Of a stretch of 64,000 bases of DNA, positions 1 through 14,515 are shown in pieces. The notes under the pieces are model-generated. The model was not told the origin of the DNA. It saw only the letters and a program-made list of their open reading frames with translations, and made no database searches. Position 1 is the stretch's first letter. Each line of letters begins with the position of its first letter. Position numbers and translations under genes: made by a program. Origin of the DNA: Eledone cirrhosa (Eukaryota). Location of the stretch: positions 173,662,001-173,726,000 of the forward strand of contig OZ024740.1 in assembly GCA_964016885.1 (NCBI GenBank). Reading direction: 5' to 3'.

Positions 1-715
1 ACTTTATATTCATTTCTTCCCTATTATCGTTTCGTCGCATCCGTCGTATTTTACTTTCACATTTTTTAGCCTGTGAATCTAGTTCACGACCCGCGTATAT
101 TTTAAAGCGTGTGTGAATAAATGTGCAACGTATAAAGAAAGGATTGGAGTTCTTTTGTTTTAAAGTAGGCACGGCACATTATTGAATTTCAGCAATCTCC
201 GTATCCTTATATGTAATCAGGAAAACGTAATCAGGAAAACTCTGATCTCGTAGAACTAGTTTGTAATACGTTTTTTTTTCATGTAAATCATTCTTTTGAC
301 CACTCTTTGTTATTATCCTAGTATAAACAGGATATTTCAAACTACAAGCCTTATTTATTTGTTTTAGTTATTTCGCTCGTTTTCATTAAATAATGTCGCA
401 CTAAGACAAGTATTATGGCCAGTATTTCCTTTATTTCAATAGTATCTCTGTATGTAATTGTGTAATGAAATGAATGAAAAGAACGAAATCAATAGGGAGT
501 CATCATCATCATCGTCACCATTATCACTATTTTCGTCATCACCATCATATAACGCCTGTTTTCCTTCCTAGTTAGGGTTGGACGGGTCATTACAAAATAC
601 GTTGGTACTTAATCGGAGTCACTGATCTTGCTCACATACATTCCTACACTCCACAGAGTGCGCCATACATTCTATTGTGATACCAGCACTGGAAAGGTCG
701 TCATATAGGTAAAAA

Positions 716-2300
716 TAATAATAATGAAATTATTGTGTACAGTGCTCAGGTGCACTACAACTCATTAAAGGTGCATGTATAGTACATAGAATAATGCACA
801 AATGTCAGGAAAGTGAACAGTGTATGAGTCCTGATGGAGATGTGTATGGTGGGGGGGATATCAGGTGTAGTGTTGGCGAATTTCAGGAAGCATGGAGGCT
901 TTAAAGGATGCCGTGTCTCGGCAGTTAACAACTGATGCAGGTAGTTCCATGCTTCAGCAACTCTGAGTGTGAAAATATGTTTCCGAAAGTCATGAGAGCT
1001 GTGTTGTTTTCTGACTTTGTAGGCATGCCCACGTGTGTTAGACACATGGAATTCAAAAGGTGCTCAGGGTTGTTGTTGGAAAGATGGTTAATAATTTTGT
1101 GGGTGTTTACCAAGTCCATTGCCAGACGTCGGAGCTTCAATGTATCCATGCCCAGGAAGCAAGGCGCTCAGAGTATGGTAGAAGCCTGATGGAGGGTATT
1201 CGCTTGGTTGCACGTCTCTGAACAGTTTCCAGGAGGTCAATTTTCTGAGCAAGATAGGGGTTCTAGACTGGTGATGCAAATTCTAAGTGTGGCTGCACCA
1301 TAGCTATATACAGCTTTAAATAGATCGCTGGAGAGCGGCTGACAAAGGTCTTGCTGAGTGATGCCAAGACACCCTCGGCCGTCTTGACAATTTTAGAGAG
1401 GTGCTTTGTCCAATGCAAATCGCTGCTGACAGTAATACCCAGGTCACGTTCACAAAAAGACTTCTTGATATTAGTGTTGTGGAGGGGATATGTGGCCGCT
1501 TGGTTTTTCCTCCCAAATTGCATGGTGGTACACTTGTCAGCTTGAGTTGCCAGTCCGTGATCCATTGCTACATTGTGCCCAGGTCTGATTACAGGAAAGA
1601 TCTATAGTGTTCAGGATCTGTTCTTTTTATCTCAAGGTACAGCTTGATGTCATCTGCATATTTCAGTACTGTGGCATTCTTTAAGTTGGCATCTATGTCA
1701 TTAATATATGCAACAAACAAAAGGGTCCAAGAACAGATCCCTATGGTACACCAAATGACATCTCATATGGTGAAGAATGCTGTCCTAGAACTGTGACAAC
1801 TTCTCTTCGACTGAGAATAAAGGACTTCAACCAGTTAAAAAGATCAGCCTTCACACCCATTGCAGAGAGTTTTGCCATAAGTCTTTTGTGTGGCGCAGAA
1901 TTAAAAGCTTTAGCAAAGTTAAGGTAAACAACATCCACTCATGAGCCGCCATCAGTGATCCGGGTGATCTTTTCAAGAAACTTGATAAGTTGATCACAGC
2001 AGCTGGAGTTAGGGTAAATCCAAATTGCGAGGGCTGGATAAGATTGTGAGAATTTCAGGATTTCATCAGTTTGGCAATGCAGCTAGTAAGACTGACTGGA
2101 CGATAGTTGACAGGCGACGTGCGATCACCCTTTTTGAACAGAGGAATGACACTGGCAGTATCTTTGACATAACTGAAGAGTTCCCTCTACCTTTTGTTTT
2201 GCAAGTTTTCCACAGCTTGATGCTCTTCATATCACCAATCACTTTACAGAGTGGACTGGGAGCATTTTATCATGTCACCATCTCTAGAGAGGTTGTGTTG
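716..2300 (-). mobile_element. CR1/L2-type LINE, 3' portion (RT C-terminal region and 3' UTR), decayed
   Basis: Minus-strand ORF pieces DVVYLNFAKAFNSAPH, SFGVP, ERDLGITVSSDLHW...PHLEFAS, TRGHAYK...FTLRVAEAWN are typical CR1-clade RT/C-terminal motifs; (TAT)n tail near 716; stops and frameshifts. Confidence 0.88.
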
Positions 2301-2733
2301 ACACAACTGCAGAGTGTTCTTTTTTTAGCATGATTTCACAGTTAGTTACAAATTCTAAGCTTTGAGCATTCAAGTAGAAAACACTTCATCCATTTCTGAA
2401 ACATTCTAAATTCCGTCACTTAGAATAGCCAGTGATGGAGTTGGTTGCTCAATCTCTCTTATATCACACCATACTTGCCTTTGATACTAACTCGTCCAAA
2501 ACCAGCTCCAGGTTACTATTTAATATTCCAGTATAATTTTACATAAAAACCATATCTTAGTAATGAAATAAATTGCTAAAGAAATATTTCAATATGCATG
2601 GGACATCACCTTATCTCTTTTCTATGTATTTGCTGTAATGTGATTTATTAGTAAAAGAAAATGTTCAAAATTAAATTATTTCATAATGATTAAAGAAATA
2701 TGAAAGAAAATTATTGTTATTAATTTAAATCAG

Positions 2734-2796
2734 AACTGACCTTTTCTGATTATGTATGGTGATATGGAGAATGCCAGAAAATGCTGAAATTCTGTG
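2734..2796 (+). other. Possible upstream exon of the CCDC15-like gene
   Basis: AT-rich tract, CAG acceptor (2731-2733) and GTATGT donor (2797) bracket 63 nt, but every frame has a stop and the frame needed to join exon 13136 contains TGA. May be non-coding or spurious. Confidence 0.25.
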
Positions 2797-3364
2797 GTAT
2801 GTTGTATTTACTTAAAATGAAAGAACATTAAAGAATTTAATTATTTTTTAAATATTCTTGAATTTCTGCCAGTAATGTAAATATGCCATCCCTCTCTGAT
2901 ATCTTCATTGAATGATATGTTCATTGTTGTTGACTGACTTTTTCATGATGAAATCCAAGGCAGATATAGTAACAAAGTGAAAAATACAACTGGCTAATCA
3001 TGTCTTGCAGCAACTAGATCATCAATATATAAAAATCATTAAAATGGACACCAACATGAGGAAGAGGAAAAAGACAGGGACGACCATGGATCATAGAGGA
3101 CCTGGAGACAGTCAACAGACACTGTGAAAACATAGAACATGCCACTGATCGAGGACACTAGAGAACTGCAACCCAATGCACAAACATTCATGGGATTGAC
3201 TAATTAATGTCTGAATTCTTGCAGCTATGAGACAGGTATAGGGAAATTGTAAAGTTCAAACCTGTTATATTTTTAAATAAGACAAAGGTAATTGAATGTT
3301 ACAGACATGCACATATCTGTATGTATCAAGATTATTGGTCATAGACATTGCTCTTCACATATTT

Positions 3365-6300
3365 CATTGGGTAAGTCAGTGCTACAAATTTTTCTGGGTG
3401 GGAAATGACAATGGGATGGGTGGTGTAGGTATCCTACTAGCTGACAAATGGGTAGATAAGGTAATCTCAGTGAACAGGGTGAATGCAAGAATTATTAAAC
3501 TCAGACTAGTCCTGAATAAAACAATTACCACAATAATATCATCTGACGCACCCCAATCGGGATTGCCAGACGAACTTAAGGATAGGTTTTACGAGTCCCT
3601 AATGTACACTACTGCTCTAACAAATGACAATGAGTTCCTAATCATTGCAGGAGATTTTAACGGACATGTAGGTAAACACCGTGACAGCTTGTATACAGTC
3701 CATGGAGGCCACGGGTTTGGCACAAGAAATGAAGAAGCATTCAGACTTCTAGAATTCTGCAACGCCAATGACATGTCGATATGTAACAAAAACTTCAAAA
3801 AACCCAACAAACCACCTGATCACCTATAGATCAGGGGAGCATTCTAGTCAGATAGATTTTATCCTCATCAGAGGACGTGACAGATGGACGGTCGTAAACA
3901 CAAAAGCCTTCCCAGGTGCGGAATGTACCTCCCAATATAACTTAATTGTCAGCGATCTCAAAACTAAACGAACTTGGAAACAGAAGGCAACCTGGAGAAG
4001 AAAGATCTGGAAGCTGAAAGACCCCTCAGCCAGTAACAGATTTAAAGATATTTTACTCGACGCCTATGACAGTAAAGAAGAACAGATAAAGACATTCAAT
4101 GTAGAAGAACACTGGGAGTTCCTAAAAAATAACTTACTAACGGTGACGGATGAGATCTGTGTTTGGAGTAAGACCACAGGCAGGAGGAGAGTGACTTGGT
4201 GGTGGAACAATACGGCAGATGAGGCAGTTAAGACTAAGGGACAGGCATGGAAGAACGGGGGAAGCAGGGTACGTTACATTGAGACCAGGAGGGAAGCTAA
4301 ATGACAAGTATACTTAGCTAGAAGGGAAGCGGAGGAAAGAAAATTCAAGCATGTCTTGCAACGTGAGGACCAGAAACAGAAGGTGTTCAAGATTGCGAGG
4401 CAGTGTGTCAGAGAGAATTGTGATGTCATTGGAGAGAAGTGTATCCGGAATGATAAAGGTGATCTTGCACTCACAAGTGCCGAGAAGAAAGATGCGCGGT
4501 AGAGCCATTATGAAAGATTACTAAATGAGGAGAATGCATGGGAAGAAGAGACCCTACCCCAGGTAGACCCTATAGAGGGACCAGCAGTAGCATAGTAAGC
4601 AAGGCAATCAAAGATATGAAGACGTGGAAGGTAACCAGTCCATCGGGTATAGCTGCCGAGACGCTGAAGGCGTCTGAGTCATAGGTCACACCATAACCAC
4701 ACGTATTGTTAACCAGGTAATACTAGAAGGTGTCATACCAAAGGATTGGTGCAGCAGCATCATTGTCAACTGCTACAAGGGTAAAGATGAGGCACTAGAT
4801 AGAGGAAACTATAGAGGTATAAAGCTGATGGACCAGGTCATGAAAGTAACAGAAAGAGTTATAGCACAGTTGATTAGGGACCGGGTGAAAGTAGATGAGC
4901 TGCAATTTGGGTTTGTGCCAGGAAAAGGTACCACTGATGCCCTCTTCCTTGTGAGGCAGTTACAGGAAAAGTACCTAGCTAAAAGTAAGCTGCTTTACCT
5001 AGCATTTGTCGATCTGGAGAAAGCCTTTGACAGAGTACCCCGTGCTATAATCTGATGGGCTCTTAGAAAATTAGGGGTAGATGAATGGCTTGTGAAAGCT
5101 GTACAAGCCATGTATAGAGGAGCAGTCAGCAAAGTTAGGATTAGCAATGACTATAGCGAGGAATTTAGCATACAGGTCGGAGTCCACCAGGGCTCTGTTC
5201 TTAGCCCTCTCCTGTTCATCATAGTTTTGCAGGCAATAACGGAGGAGTTTAAGACCGGATGCCCATGGGAACTCCTCTATGCAGATGACCTCGCACTTAT
5301 AGCTGAATCTATGGTAGAACTAGAGAAGAAATTCCAAACATGGAAGCAGGGACTAGAAAGAAGGGGTCTCAAAGTCAACCTGACAAAACTAAGGTCCTTG
5401 TAAGTAGATGAGAAAACAGAACCCAGATCCCCTCAGGGAAATGGCCTTGCTTAGTGTGTAGGTAGGAACTCCATCCTCTACCCCAAATGCAAACAATGGG
5501 TACACAAGAGATCTAGTGGGATCTCAGGAAGCTTAACTAAGAATGTAGGCTTCACATGTAGCAGCTGCGCTGGGACAGCAAGCAGCAAACAGCCACAGGA
5601 AACAAGCACCACCAAACTCTGGGAGGGCTCTGTAGAAACAGTAGACAACTTCTGCTACCTAGGTGACCGAATTAGCAGCGGAGGTGGGTGTTCGGAAAGG
5701 ACAATAACTAGGGTAAGAACGTAATGGAAGAAGTTCAGGAAGCTATGCCACTGCTAGCAGCAAAGGCTTTTCCCTCAAAATGAAGGGCAGACTGTATGAT
5801 GCGTGTATACGAACAGCAATGTTACATGGTAGTGAGATCTGGGCGCGTCTGTAGAAGACTTGCGTAGATTAGAAAGAAACGAAGCCTGCATGCTCCGATG
5901 GATGTGTAATAGTAATATACATGAACGGCAAAGCATAAACGAATTGAGAGACTGAGCATAAGAGGAATCAAATGCTGTGTGCAGGAGAGGAGGTTGCGTT
6001 GGTATGGACATGTGATGCGTATGATGGATGACAGCTGCATAAAAAGGTGCAGAGCACCGGGAAGTCGATGGAAGCCACAGAGTGGGGAGACCCAAGAAGA
6101 CCTGGGATGAGGTGATGAAAGGCGACCTTAACCAATTACACCTCTCAAAGGCGATGACACACGACCGTGACCTCTGGCATCACGCAGTAATTCAGAAGAC
6201 CCGACCCTCCATGGGTACAAGCTGAAGCATATAAACAATATTCCCCCACCCCCTCCCACTGCAAAGTGGTCGTGGAGGTGCCACGGCAAAAAACACCCTG

Positions 6301-6527
6301 TCGACACTGTAAAGTGGACGTGTAGGCGCCACGGATAAAAAGCACCTAGCACTCACTGTAAATGAGGTTGGTGTTAGGAAGGGCATCCAGCTGTAGAAAT
6401 CAAGCCGGAATCAGTTCCCGTATGAGTAAGACATGGTCAGCTGACCGGCTACTGCCCACAACTGGACAACCCGTCTAACCCATGCTAGCGTGGAAGAACG
6501 GACGTAAAACGGTGATGATGATGATGA
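3365..6527 (+). mobile_element. RTE-clade LINE, near-complete ORF (APE endonuclease, RT, PHD-like finger) with 3' UTR; pseudogenised
   Basis: EN motifs GVGILL, AGDFNGHVG, SQIDFIL; RT motifs QFGFVPGKGTTDA, FVDLEKAFDRVP, GVHQGSVLSPLLF, YADD; C-terminal RWYGHV..GRPK; (GAT)n tail; multiple stops and frameshifts. Confidence 0.93.
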
Positions 6528-8669
6528 AGTTATGTGTATCACAGCTTCAATTTCAAATTGCTTAAATAATTTTAGGATTCATGCTCCCTTGAAGAAAACA
6601 ATACACTACCACTCCTGTGTACTTTCCCATGTTACGTGTTAGTTATGTAGCAAGATATATCCAAAAATATATTTATGTATATATTTGATTTAGGCATGTG
6701 CAGGGCTTATGAAAGAGAGTGTAGGAGTTCCCTAGGATATCAGTAAATGTTTACATATGTTGAAAGTTAACATTCATGGAAGAGAAGAGGCTCTAGGATC
6801 ACTACCATACAATAATACATCACTTTATGTGTTCTTCATACTGCATACCTTTTGAGAAATCCTTAATTTTTGTTTTTCTTTAGCTACTGTCTATAAAACT
6901 GTACTCCCCTCCAGCACTAATTTGATCAATTAGGTAACATCAAACTATCTGAACAATATATAGACTTTATTGAGAACTGGATTAACTATTAAGAAAATAA
7001 GCATCAAAGGAAGAGGGGCACCATTTTATGTATTTGTAATTCAAACATATTTTTCAGAATTTGTATATGGGGGCACCATAATCTTTTAAGTGTTTAGAGC
7101 CTCAAAAGAACTGAATCTGTCCTTGACTTTATTTAATAAAATCTCCAACTAATAATTACTCCTATATATCTTGTACATCCAAGGTTCTGGTTCTCTGTGA
7201 AGTTGCCAGTAGTCATGCTGCATCTTTTGCTTATATTAAGTACACAGAACTAAGTTTCTATTTAATACTTTCTCACATGGTCCTCAAATAATTAGTAATT
7301 TTTCTTTTGTTTATGGCTTCCAAGACTTTTCAGAGCATCCAAGACTGGTTGGAGGAAAGGAGGAAGTTATCCTTAGACTGGAGTTCTGCTCAAATGTTCA
7401 CAACAGAATAAAAATCACTAAAGTTACTCGAGGTCCAGGTAGTAGTATGAACTAAGTCTACAACTGAACAACAGAAATGATACCTCAGTTTCATCTATAA
7501 CATTTCATTCACAATACTTTGGCTACAGTAGAAGATCCTTGTCCAAAGTGTCACATGGTATGTTCTAATGCAGAACTAAGTAGATGTGAAGGAAACCTCT
7601 TAACCACATAACCTGTACCCATTTTGTTCATCATTATTTCTGCTTATGGAGTGATAAATAGGGATCAGTTTTGTCACAGTATCCACCCTTAGTTTGAATG
7701 TGTTTAATCAGATGTTATTTTACTTAGTTAGCTTAATTAATTCATCCATCTATCCGATTTTCTGCTTAGAGTACATCTACACCACCTATACTTGAGTTAT
7801 TACTTACCCAAAACAACGTAATATTCTCTATTTTCTAGTTGTCTTACAGGAAAAAACACCCTTTTATATTACTTTAACTTATATTTTGAAGTGGTTTCTC
7901 ATCTAAGTCACCTTTGCTATAGTATAAGGAAACTTATCTTTCCAGTGTGAGTATTAGGTAAATTTCCACTAATACTATGATAGGTTTATCTGAATTTTCA
8001 ATCTTTCTAGATAGGTCATTCTCAATATAACTAAGAAGCTATGTCTTTTATGACTATATTTAGTGTGGAGTATAAGAAGAAAGGATCTTAAAGATACTTA
8101 ACTCAGGGGAGGCTATTAAGACTCACTGCATTATGAAGTGGTTGTTTATTAAGACTACATAGCAAACAACACAACTAATATAAATGATAGACAAATAAAT
8201 AAATAACTAACTTACAACATGAAAATATGAAATTTAATATGGAATAAAAATGTGGCTAATATGTGCCAGTTGAGGTGTAATGTTAGTGTGCATGAAGGTG
8301 GCAGCATAAGTGAGCTGAGAGAAAAACTAGGCATAAGAGGAATCCAATGTAATGTGCTGGTTCCATGAAAAATGTACCCAGTATACCTTGTAAGGTGGTT
8401 GGTGATATGAAGAGCATCCAGCTGAAGAAACAATGTAAAAAACGGTTGAGAGGGCTCTTCAATTATGTTAAAGCACAAAAACCTTTCTGGTGTTGGTGAT
8501 CTACACGGTAAATGCACCCAGTATTCTTTGTAAAGTGGTTTGTGATAGAAATGGCATTTAATCCATAGAAAACTTGCCAAACATAGGGTCAGGAAGACTC
8601 TTAAATGCAGTGAACTCTTAAAAAGATTTACTGAGAGATGAAACAGGACAGAGTGAAGTCTACTTCAAT

Positions 8670-9960
8670 TAAATATAATTCGACTGGCTGAAATCCTTCA
8701 TTCTCAGCCGAAAGGAAGTAGTCACGGTTCTAGGACAGCATTCTTCACCATATGAGATGTCATCTGGTGTACCACAGGGATCTGTTCTTGGTCCTCTTTT
8801 GTTTGTGGCATATATTAATGACATAGATGCCAACTTATAGAATGCCACGGTACTAAAATATGCAGATGACATCAAGCTGTACCTTGAAATCAAAAGGACT
8901 GATCCTGAAATTTACAACTCTTTCCTACAATCAGACCTGGACACAATGCAGCAATGGATCACAGACTGGCAACTGAAGCTGGCTGTGGACAAGTGTACCA
9001 CCATGCATTTTGGAAGGAAAAATCCAGCGTCCACATACTCCCTCCACAACACTGACATCAAAAAGTCCTCTTGTGAACGTGACCTGGGCATTACTGTCAG
9101 CAACGATTTGCGTTGGACAAAGCATGTCTCTAAGATTGTCAAGAAGGCCGAGGGTGTCTTGGCATCACTCAGCAAGACCTTTGTTAGCCGCTCTCCAGCC
9201 ATCTATTTAAAACTGTATACAGCTATGGTGCGACCACACTTGGAATTTGCATCATCAGTCTGGAAACCCTATCTTGCTCGGAACATTGACCTCCTGGAAA
9301 CTGTTCAGAGACGTGCAACCAAGCGCATACCCTCCATCAGACACCTACCATACTCTGAACGCCTTGCTTCCCTGGGCATGGATTCATTGAAGCTCCGACG
9401 TCTGGCAATGGACTTGGTGAATACCCACAAAGTTTTTAACCATCTCGCCAACTGCAACCCTGAGCGCCTCTTTGATCTCCATGTGTCTAACACACGTGGA
9501 CATGCCTACAAGATAAGAAAACAGCACAGCTCCCATGACTTTCACAGACATTTTTTCACGCTCAGAGTTGCTGAAGCATGGAACAAACTGCCTGCGTCAA
9601 TTGTTAGCTGCCGAGACACTGCATCCTTTAAGACACTCATGCTTCCCGAAATACGCCAAAACTACACCTGATGTACCCCTTCCATACACATGCACACATG
9701 TGTGTATCATGACTCGTGCACTGTTCATTTTACTGATGTTTGTGCATTGCCCTATGTACTGTACATGCACTTTTTTGATGAGTTGTGGTGCACCTGGGCA
9801 CTGTACACAATATTTCATTATTGTTATTGTTATTATATCATGACTCATACACTGTTTATTTTCCTGACATTTGTACATTATTCTATGTACTATACATGCA
9901 CCTTTGATGAGTTGTAGTGCACCTGAGCACTGTACACAATAATTTCATTATTATTATTAT
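8670..9960 (+). mobile_element. CR1/L2-type LINE, 5'-truncated, with tandemly duplicated 3' UTR end
   Basis: SGVPQGSVLGPLLF, YADD, and the 241-aa ORF 8946-9671 (RPHLEF, QRRATK, TRGH). The ~130-bp terminal segment occurs twice (~9706-9835, ~9837-9960), each ending in a (TAT)n-like tail. Confidence 0.92.
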
Positions 9961-10599
9961 AAGATAATATGAACAGGGTGGAAGAGAAAAACAGTTGTTA
10001 TGGAGAAATGTTTTGAGAAAGAGGTGGGAAAGGGAATTAATACAAATGACAGTGTCTGTGTTTACTTATTGTGGTCAAGGAGATAATTGTTTAAATAGAA
10101 TGCAAAGCTCACCTCTAAAGGAGTATTAAGAAATTTGGAGTGAGTGCGAAGTGTTTGAAAGAATTGGCATCTTTCTTAGTTCATTATTCTGAGCAAATAA
10201 TAACCAGGCTGTATAGTGGTGAAATATCACCCACACATATGGTCCAGATTTTTGTCACTCTCCCATTATCCCACCATACAGTACATATGATACAACTAGC
10301 TGTGGACTGTGGTTAAGAAGTTCACTTTGCAACCACACAGTTTGTATTCATTCTCACTATGGATCATGGACAGTATTTTCTGCTACAGTCTTGGGCTTAC
10401 TAATGCCTTGTGATCGTAATTTGATAGATGAAAACTGCAGAAGCTCATAGTATATATGATTTCATACAAATGAAACAGTTATAGTCCTGTAGAAGTCATT
10501 TCTATATAAAAATAAGGATGCCTATACTCTACTAACATATTGAGTACCTTTTTTAACTGTGGTCTCCCATTGGGTATCCACCCATTATATATATATAAC

Positions 10600-12207
10600 T
10601 ATAGGAGAAGTACCTAGCTAAAAGTAAACCCCTTTACTTAGATTTTGTTGACTTAGATTTTGTTGACTTGGAGAAAGCCTTTGAGTCCCCCGCTCCATTA
10701 TCTGGTGGGCTCTTAGAAAACTAGGAGTAGATGAGTGGCTTGTGAGAGCTATACAAGCCATGTATAGAGGAACAGTCAACAAGGTTAAAATTAATAAATA
10801 TAGTGAAGAATTTAGCGTAAAAGTAGTTGTTCGCCAAGGCTCCATCCTTAGCCTCCTCCTGTTTATTATTGTCCTACAGTCTATAACAGAAGAGTTTAAG
10901 ACTGGCCGTCCATAGCAACTTCTATATGCAGATGATCTAACTCTCATAGCTGAATTTATGGCTGAACTAGGGAAGAAATTCCAAACATGGAAGCATGGCC
11001 TAGAATCTAAAGGCCTTAAAGTTAACTTGTCTAAGACTAAAGTTCTAGTATGTAGAAAGGAGAATAGGGCACAGGTGCACTCTGGGAAATGGCCATGCTC
11101 AGTATGTAAGAAAGCAGTAGGTAGAAATTCCATTTTATGCCCCAAATGCAAACTATGGGTACATAAAAGATGTAGTGGGATCACAGGTAAGCTATCTAAG
11201 AATGTAGAGTTTATATGTGGCCGATGCTCAGGTGCAGTAGACAGTTAGTGCCCACTGGATACTAACTCCCTCAACTGTCCAGATGGTTCCATAGAAATGG
11301 TAGACACTTTCTGTTACCTGGGTGAAAAAATCAGCAGTGGAGGAGAGTGCTCTGAAAGTACAGTAACCAGAGTTAGAATGGGATGGAAAAAGTTCAGAGA
11401 GCTAATACCGCTGTTGGCCACAAAGGGTTTTTCTCTAAAATTGAAAGGAAGATTGTCTGATACTTATATACGAACTGCAATGTTATATGGTAGTGAGACC
11501 TGGGCATTGTGTGCAGAAGACTTGCATAGATTAGAAAGAAACAAAGTTTGCATTTTCCGATGGATGTGTAATAGTAATGTATGCAAACGGCAAAGCATAA
11601 ACAAATTGAGAGAAAGACTAAGCATAAGAGGTATCAAATGTTGTGTGCAGGAGAGGAGATTGTGTTGGTATGGACATGTGATGCGTATGAAGGATAACAG
11701 CTGCATAAAAAGGTGCAGAGCGATAAAAATTGATGGAAGCTATGGAGTGGGTAGACCAAGAAAAACCTGGGACGAGGTGATAAAAACTGATCTTGCTCAC
11801 TTACACCTCTCTAAGACAATGTCACTAGATCGAGATCTTTGGCGCTATGCAGTTATACAGAAGACTCACCTTCTCTTACATATGAACTTAAACCTAGAGT
11901 CAGTAGGCACCTCTTAACCAAATATACACTCCAAACCCATCTCCATTTCCCCACTTCTGTCCACTGCAAAATGGTCATGTAGGAGACATGACAAAAAGCA
12001 CCCAGTCCACACTGTATAGTGGTCGTGTAGGAGACATAACAAAAAGCACCCAGTCCACACTGTAAGTGTGGTTGGTAGAAAACCTGCCAGAAACAGTTCT
12101 GTATGAGCGAAACACGGTCACCCAACTAATCTTGCCTCAAGTGGGATAAAATCGTCCAACCCATGCTAGAGTGGAAGATGGACGTTAAACAATGATGATG
12201 ATGATGA
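10600..12207 (+). mobile_element. RTE LINE, 5'-truncated (RT, PHD-like finger, 3' UTR)
   Basis: DLEKAF, YADD, WPCSVCKK...CPKCKLWVHKRC...CGRC, LYGSETW, WYGHVMR, GRPRKTW; (GAT)n tail. Confidence 0.92.
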
Positions 12208-12332
12208 TATATTGATATAAAATTATGATGATACATGCATATATGAGTGTTTCTATGTCTGTTTATATCCTGTAACATAATAGTTTAATAAAAAAAAGAT
12301 TGAGAAAATAAGTACAGAATACACAGACACCA

Positions 12333-13085
12333 TCTGGGCATTACTGTCAGCAGCGATTTGTGTTGGACAAAGCACATCTCTAAAATTGTCAAGAAGGCCG
12401 AGGGTGTCTTGGCATCACTCAGCAAGACCTTTGTTAGCCGCTCTCCAGCCATCTATTTAAAGCTGTATACAGCTATGGTACGACCACACTTGGAATTCGC
12501 ATCACTAGTCTGGAACCCCTATCATGCTCAGAACATTGACCTCCTGGAAACTGTTCAGAGACATGCAGCCAAGCGCATACCTTCCATCAGACACCTACCA
12601 TACTCTGAACGCCTAGCTTCCCTGGGCATGGATTCATTGAAGCTCCGATGTCTGGCAATGGACTTGGTAAACACTCACAAAGTTATTAACCATCTCGCCA
12701 ACAACAACCCTGAGCACCTTTTTGATCTCCATGTGTCTATCACACACGTGGACATGCCTACAAAGTCAGAAAACAGCAGGGCTCCCATGACTTTCGGAAA
12801 CATTTTTTCATGCTTAGAGTTGCTGAAGCATGGAACAAACTGCCTGCGTCAGTTGTTAGCTGCCGAGACACTGCATCCTTTAAAACCCTCATGCTCCCCG
12901 AAATTCGCCAAAACTACACCTGATGTCCCCTTCCATACACATGCACACATGTGTACATCATGACTCATGCACTGTTCATTTTCCTGACGTTTGTACATTA
13001 CCTTATGTACTATACATACACTTTTGATGAGTTGTAGTGCACCTGAGCACTGTACACAATATTTTCATTATCATTATCATTATTA
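12333..13085 (+). mobile_element. CR1/L2-type LINE 3' fragment
   Basis: ORF 12358-12963 closely matches 8946-9671; same 3' UTR. Confidence 0.9.
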
Positions 13086-13135
13086 CACACACGCACACAC
13101 ACACACATTATATATATATATATTATATATTGTAG

Positions 13136-13285
13136 CTGTTAGCTATTGAAGAAGAAGAGAAAAAAGTGAAACAGCAAAAAGAGAAAGCGACTCATTTGCA
13201 GAAGTTCCAGAATAGTGTCAGAAGACGAGCTGCAGCCATTCAACAAATGAAGAATCTAAAAGAATTGGAATTCAGCATGAAAGAG
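13136..13285 (+). CDS. CCDC15: CCDC15-like coiled-coil protein, internal exon (LLAIEEEEKKVKQQKEKATHLQKFQNSVRRRAAAIQQMKNLKELEFSMKE)
   Basis: TAG acceptor, GTGAGT donor, 150 nt open, phase 0-0. EEE..K....LQKFQ..V..R resembles the CCDC15 N-terminal coiled coil (recalled, not searched). Confidence 0.72.
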
Positions 13286-14294
13286 GTGAGTAAGTTAGGG
13301 ATATTGTTAATTGAATTCTTATTGTAATGCTTTAGAATTGTAAAAATAAACTGTCAAAATATTCTCTCCCTTTCTCTCTCTCTCTCTCTCTCTATCAGAG
13401 CCAATCTTGACTATATGGAACAGTGTGTTATAATCCTTTTGTTCTTTTACTGTGGCTATGCTGTGGCACTGCCATCAAGGAATATATAAATATTACAACA
13501 ATGATTAACAAGTGTTTTAAAGCTATTTTCTCTGCTAAAGCAGAGCTTAATCTTATGGGCTCCATGACAGACTTCATACTTATAGGTTTCTTTTGGAGGC
13601 AATATTTTCAGATAGATACACTTCCTGGTGTCAACCCCTTTAGTTGCCTCTTATGACATACACAGATATGGTGTACTTTTTTCTAAACTGGGTACATACA
13701 GAAATAATATAAATTCATCAACAACATCTGACTTCATTTAGATGAATCATTACAGATCAAATCAGTACTTAAATGGAGCTACTGTTTTTCTTGACAGGCT
13801 GGGGGAATATGTCTTGTTCAAATACATTTTGGCTTCGTTTCTCCTGCTGGGTTCTCTTCCTAACATCAATCTCTTTACAGTGTACTGGGTGCATTTTATC
13901 TTGGAATCAACTTTTGACATGACTGAAATGTCCTCTCAACTCCATGTTGTTACTATTTGAGTGCCTTTTTTGTGTGTGCATTGTGGGGAGCAAGATACTG
14001 CTCTGAGGTAAGCATGAGCCACCATATTCCAAGGAGACAATATAATATATACATTTTTTAGAAAATGTAGAAATCTCAAATGCAGGAAATAACTGTAATC
14101 ACAGTTGATTGTTATAAATAATAGCTTAAAAAATTGTATAAAATAGATTTCTAAGTTTAGAGCAAGATCTTACTTCCTCCACAAAAAGTACCTCTCAAAT
14201 TCCAGATAAGCGCTCTTAACCATTGAGCCAAGCCCCTCATCCTGCCAATTTACCAGCTCTTTCAGTATTTAAGGTTTGCTAAAATGATATGATA

Positions 14295-14515
14295 ATAATA
14301 ATAATGAAAATTATTGTCTACAGTGCTCAGGTGCACTACAACTCATCAAAGGTGCATGTATAGTATATAGAATAATGTACAAATGTCAGGAAAGTGAACA
14401 GTATATGAGTCATGATATACACACAGATACATGTGTACGTGTGTATGGAGGGGGATTATTAGGTGTTGTGTTGGCGAATTTCGGGAAGCATGGATGTTTT
14501 GAAGGATGCAGTGAT
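14295..14515 (-). mobile_element. CR1-type LINE 3' tail fragment
   Basis: Reverse complement of the CR1 3' UTR seen at 9660-9960. Confidence 0.8.

Noticed and set aside
1-270. CpG-richer start with a 14-bp direct repeat (GTAATCAGGAAAAC x2), possibly the gene's promoter or first exon
   Set aside because: Plausible, but no start codon or exon boundary can be supported from sequence alone.
2025-2333. Plus-strand 102-aa ORF and many similar short ORFs overlapping LINEs
   Set aside because: Antisense or alternative frames of decayed LINE coding sequence.
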